DNA from: Malacoraja senta
Lineage: Eukaryota
DNA length: 64,000 nucleotides
Assembly (NCBI GenBank): GCA_038087875.1
Contig: CM075987.1
Location: 23,376,001-23,440,000 of the forward strand
Reading direction: 5' to 3'
The notes below the pieces were generated by a model, which was not told the origin of the DNA, did not search any database, and worked only from the letters and a program-made list of their open reading frames with translations. The position numbers were made by a program, and so were the translations under genes. Below, piece by piece: positions 62,131 through 64,000 of this stretch (the first letter of the stretch is position 1; every line of letters begins with the position of its first letter).

Positions 62131-62349
62131 GTAAGCTGTGGACTTTGGGCGATTGGGCAGAGGAATAATAGGACTATTGGGCACGGGGATAATGGCATGA
62201 TGGAGCATTGGGACACACAGGCCGTGGGAGAATGAGGCAACGAGTTATCCTGGCTTTTGGAAGGATTGGAACATCAGAGGACTATTGGTTGCAGGGGCAA
62301 TAGGGTTTGGGGTACTGGGGGATTGGGGGACTGTGGCATGGGGCAGCGG

Positions 62350-62812
62350 TGAGCGTTTGTCAGCACTGGGCCTGCACTCGCTGGTGTTTAGAAGAATGAG
62401 GGGAGACCTCATTGAAACATACAGAACAGTGAAAGGCTTGGATAGAATGGATGTGGCGAGGATATTTCCACTATTCGCAGAGTCCAGAACTCCAGAAATG
62501 GTAGTCGGGTAATGGCCTCAGTAGTAAAGGACGTTCTTTTAGGAATAAGATGCGGAGGAATTTCTTTGGTCAGAGGGTGGTGTGAATGTGTGGAATTCTT
62601 TGCCACAGAAGGCCGTGGACGCCAAGTCAGTGGACATTTTTACGGCAGAGATAGATAGATTCTTGATTAATACGGGTGTCAGAGGTTATGGGGAGAAGGC
62701 AGGAGAATGGGGTTAGGAGGGAGAGATAGATCAGCCATGATTGAATGGCGTGGTAGACTTGATGGGCCGAATGGCCTAATTCTATTCCTATCCCTCGGGA
62801 CCTTATGACCTT
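62350..62812 (+). mobile_element. CR1 LINE 3' end
   Basis: ERLSALGLHSLVFRRMRGDLIETY..; 3' UTR. Confidence 0.88.
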
Positions 62813-63051
62813 AATGCGGTCAAGGGTGAATGAGTGGAGGGGTTGGGACAATAGGACATTGGGAGGTTTGGGCATGTGAGCAGCATGCATGATGGTGGCC
62901 TGGGATTTGGGCAGAGGGGGACCTGGACTAGTGAGGGACTGGGGGACGGGGCACTGGGGCAGGAGGAGTGTAACGAAGAACGGGCAATGGAATTGGGGAG
63001 TTGGGATTAATCATTGGGAGACTGGAGCTCAGGAGGATTGGGTCGGAAGGG

Positions 63052-63405
63052 ATTCATAAGTTCATAAGTGATAGAATTAGTGATAGAATTAGGCCATTCG
63101 GCCCATCACTCCGCCATTCAATCATGGCTGATCTATCTCTTCCTCCTAACCCCATTCTCCTGCCTCCACCCCATAACCCCTGACACCCGTACTAATCAAT
63201 AATCTATATCTTCACCTTAAAAATATCCACTGACTTGGCAAAGAATTCCACAGATTCACCACCCTCTGACTAAAGAAATTCCTCCTCATCTCCTTCCTCA
63301 AGGAACGTCCTTTAATTCTGAGGCTGTGATCTCTGGTCCTGGACTCTCCCACTCGTGGAAACATCCGCTCCACATCCACTCAATCCAGGCCTGTCACCAT
63401 TCATG
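63052..63405 (-). mobile_element. CR1 LINE 3' end
   Basis: Reverse of the subfamily at 62350-62812. Confidence 0.85.
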
Positions 63406-63629
63406 ATCACAGTGGTGGGAGGTTGGGGCAGAGGGCACTCGGGGCAGAGGTTGTGGGGGAACAGGGGCCTGTGAGGCTGGTGGGGTGCAGGGTTATTGGG
63501 AGGGGGGGTGGCCGGGGACGGCAGCGATGTAGGGGGACAGTGATCACGAGGGCAGTGGGTCGGTGCGACAGAGGGAGTAGGACCCCAGGGGCAGTGGGGG
63601 ACAGGGCGGAGGGAGGGCCGATGGTGCAG

Positions 63630-63832
63630 TCAATAGACAATAGGTGCAGGAGTAGGCCATTTGGCCCTTTGAGCCAGCACCGCCATTCAATGTGATCATG
63701 GCTGACCATCCCCAATCAGTACCCCGTTCCTGCCTTCTCCCCATATCCCCTGACTCCGCTATCTTTAAGAGCCCTATCTAGCTCTCTCTTGAAAGCATCC
63801 AGAGAACCGGCCTCCACCGCCCTCTGAGGCAG
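63630..63832 (-). mobile_element. HER1/CR1 LINE 3' end
   Basis: LPQRAVEAGSLDAFKRELDRALKDSGVRGYGEKAGTGY. Confidence 0.9.
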
Positions 63833-64000
63833 GGGCTGAATTGGCGAAGAGGCACTTTGCAAACGGGGCACGGTGGGGACGGGGGGGGGGAAGTGGAACA
63901 GACACGCGATGTCCACAGAATGCACCAGGGCTCCAATAGTGAATAATTAATTGATTACCAATTAACAGGAGACCTACCCGACGGAAGGGCCGGAAGAGGT

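Overview
Repeat-saturated vertebrate genomic DNA. The repeat families (HE1-type V-SINEs, HER1/CR1 LINE 3' ends, Penelope remnants) point to a cartilaginous fish, probably a skate or ray; this is inference. The window is mostly intron of one + strand clade-B fibrillar collagen gene, COL5A1-like (COL5A3 not excluded). Three exons are recognisable: 24977-25144, 59344-59477 and 61981-62130. The second is 1 nt short of frame. Two expected intervening exons were not found and may lie in the N-gap at 52070-52269. The rest is nested transposable elements (CR1/HER1, L2, Rex/Babar, L1, Penelope, HE1 SINEs, PIF/Harbinger-like and hAT-like MITEs), minisatellites, a 1.27 kb polypyrimidine tract and two 200-N gaps. 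The most notable structures are (1) short Penelope-derived hairpin elements with 11-17 bp target duplications, many carrying a minimal hammerhead-ribozyme-like core, and (2) a MITE family sharing a 16-bp TIR, one copy of which contains a 2.8 kb 10-mer minisatellite. The long ORFs in the track are repeat artefacts. I found no clearly new protein-coding system.
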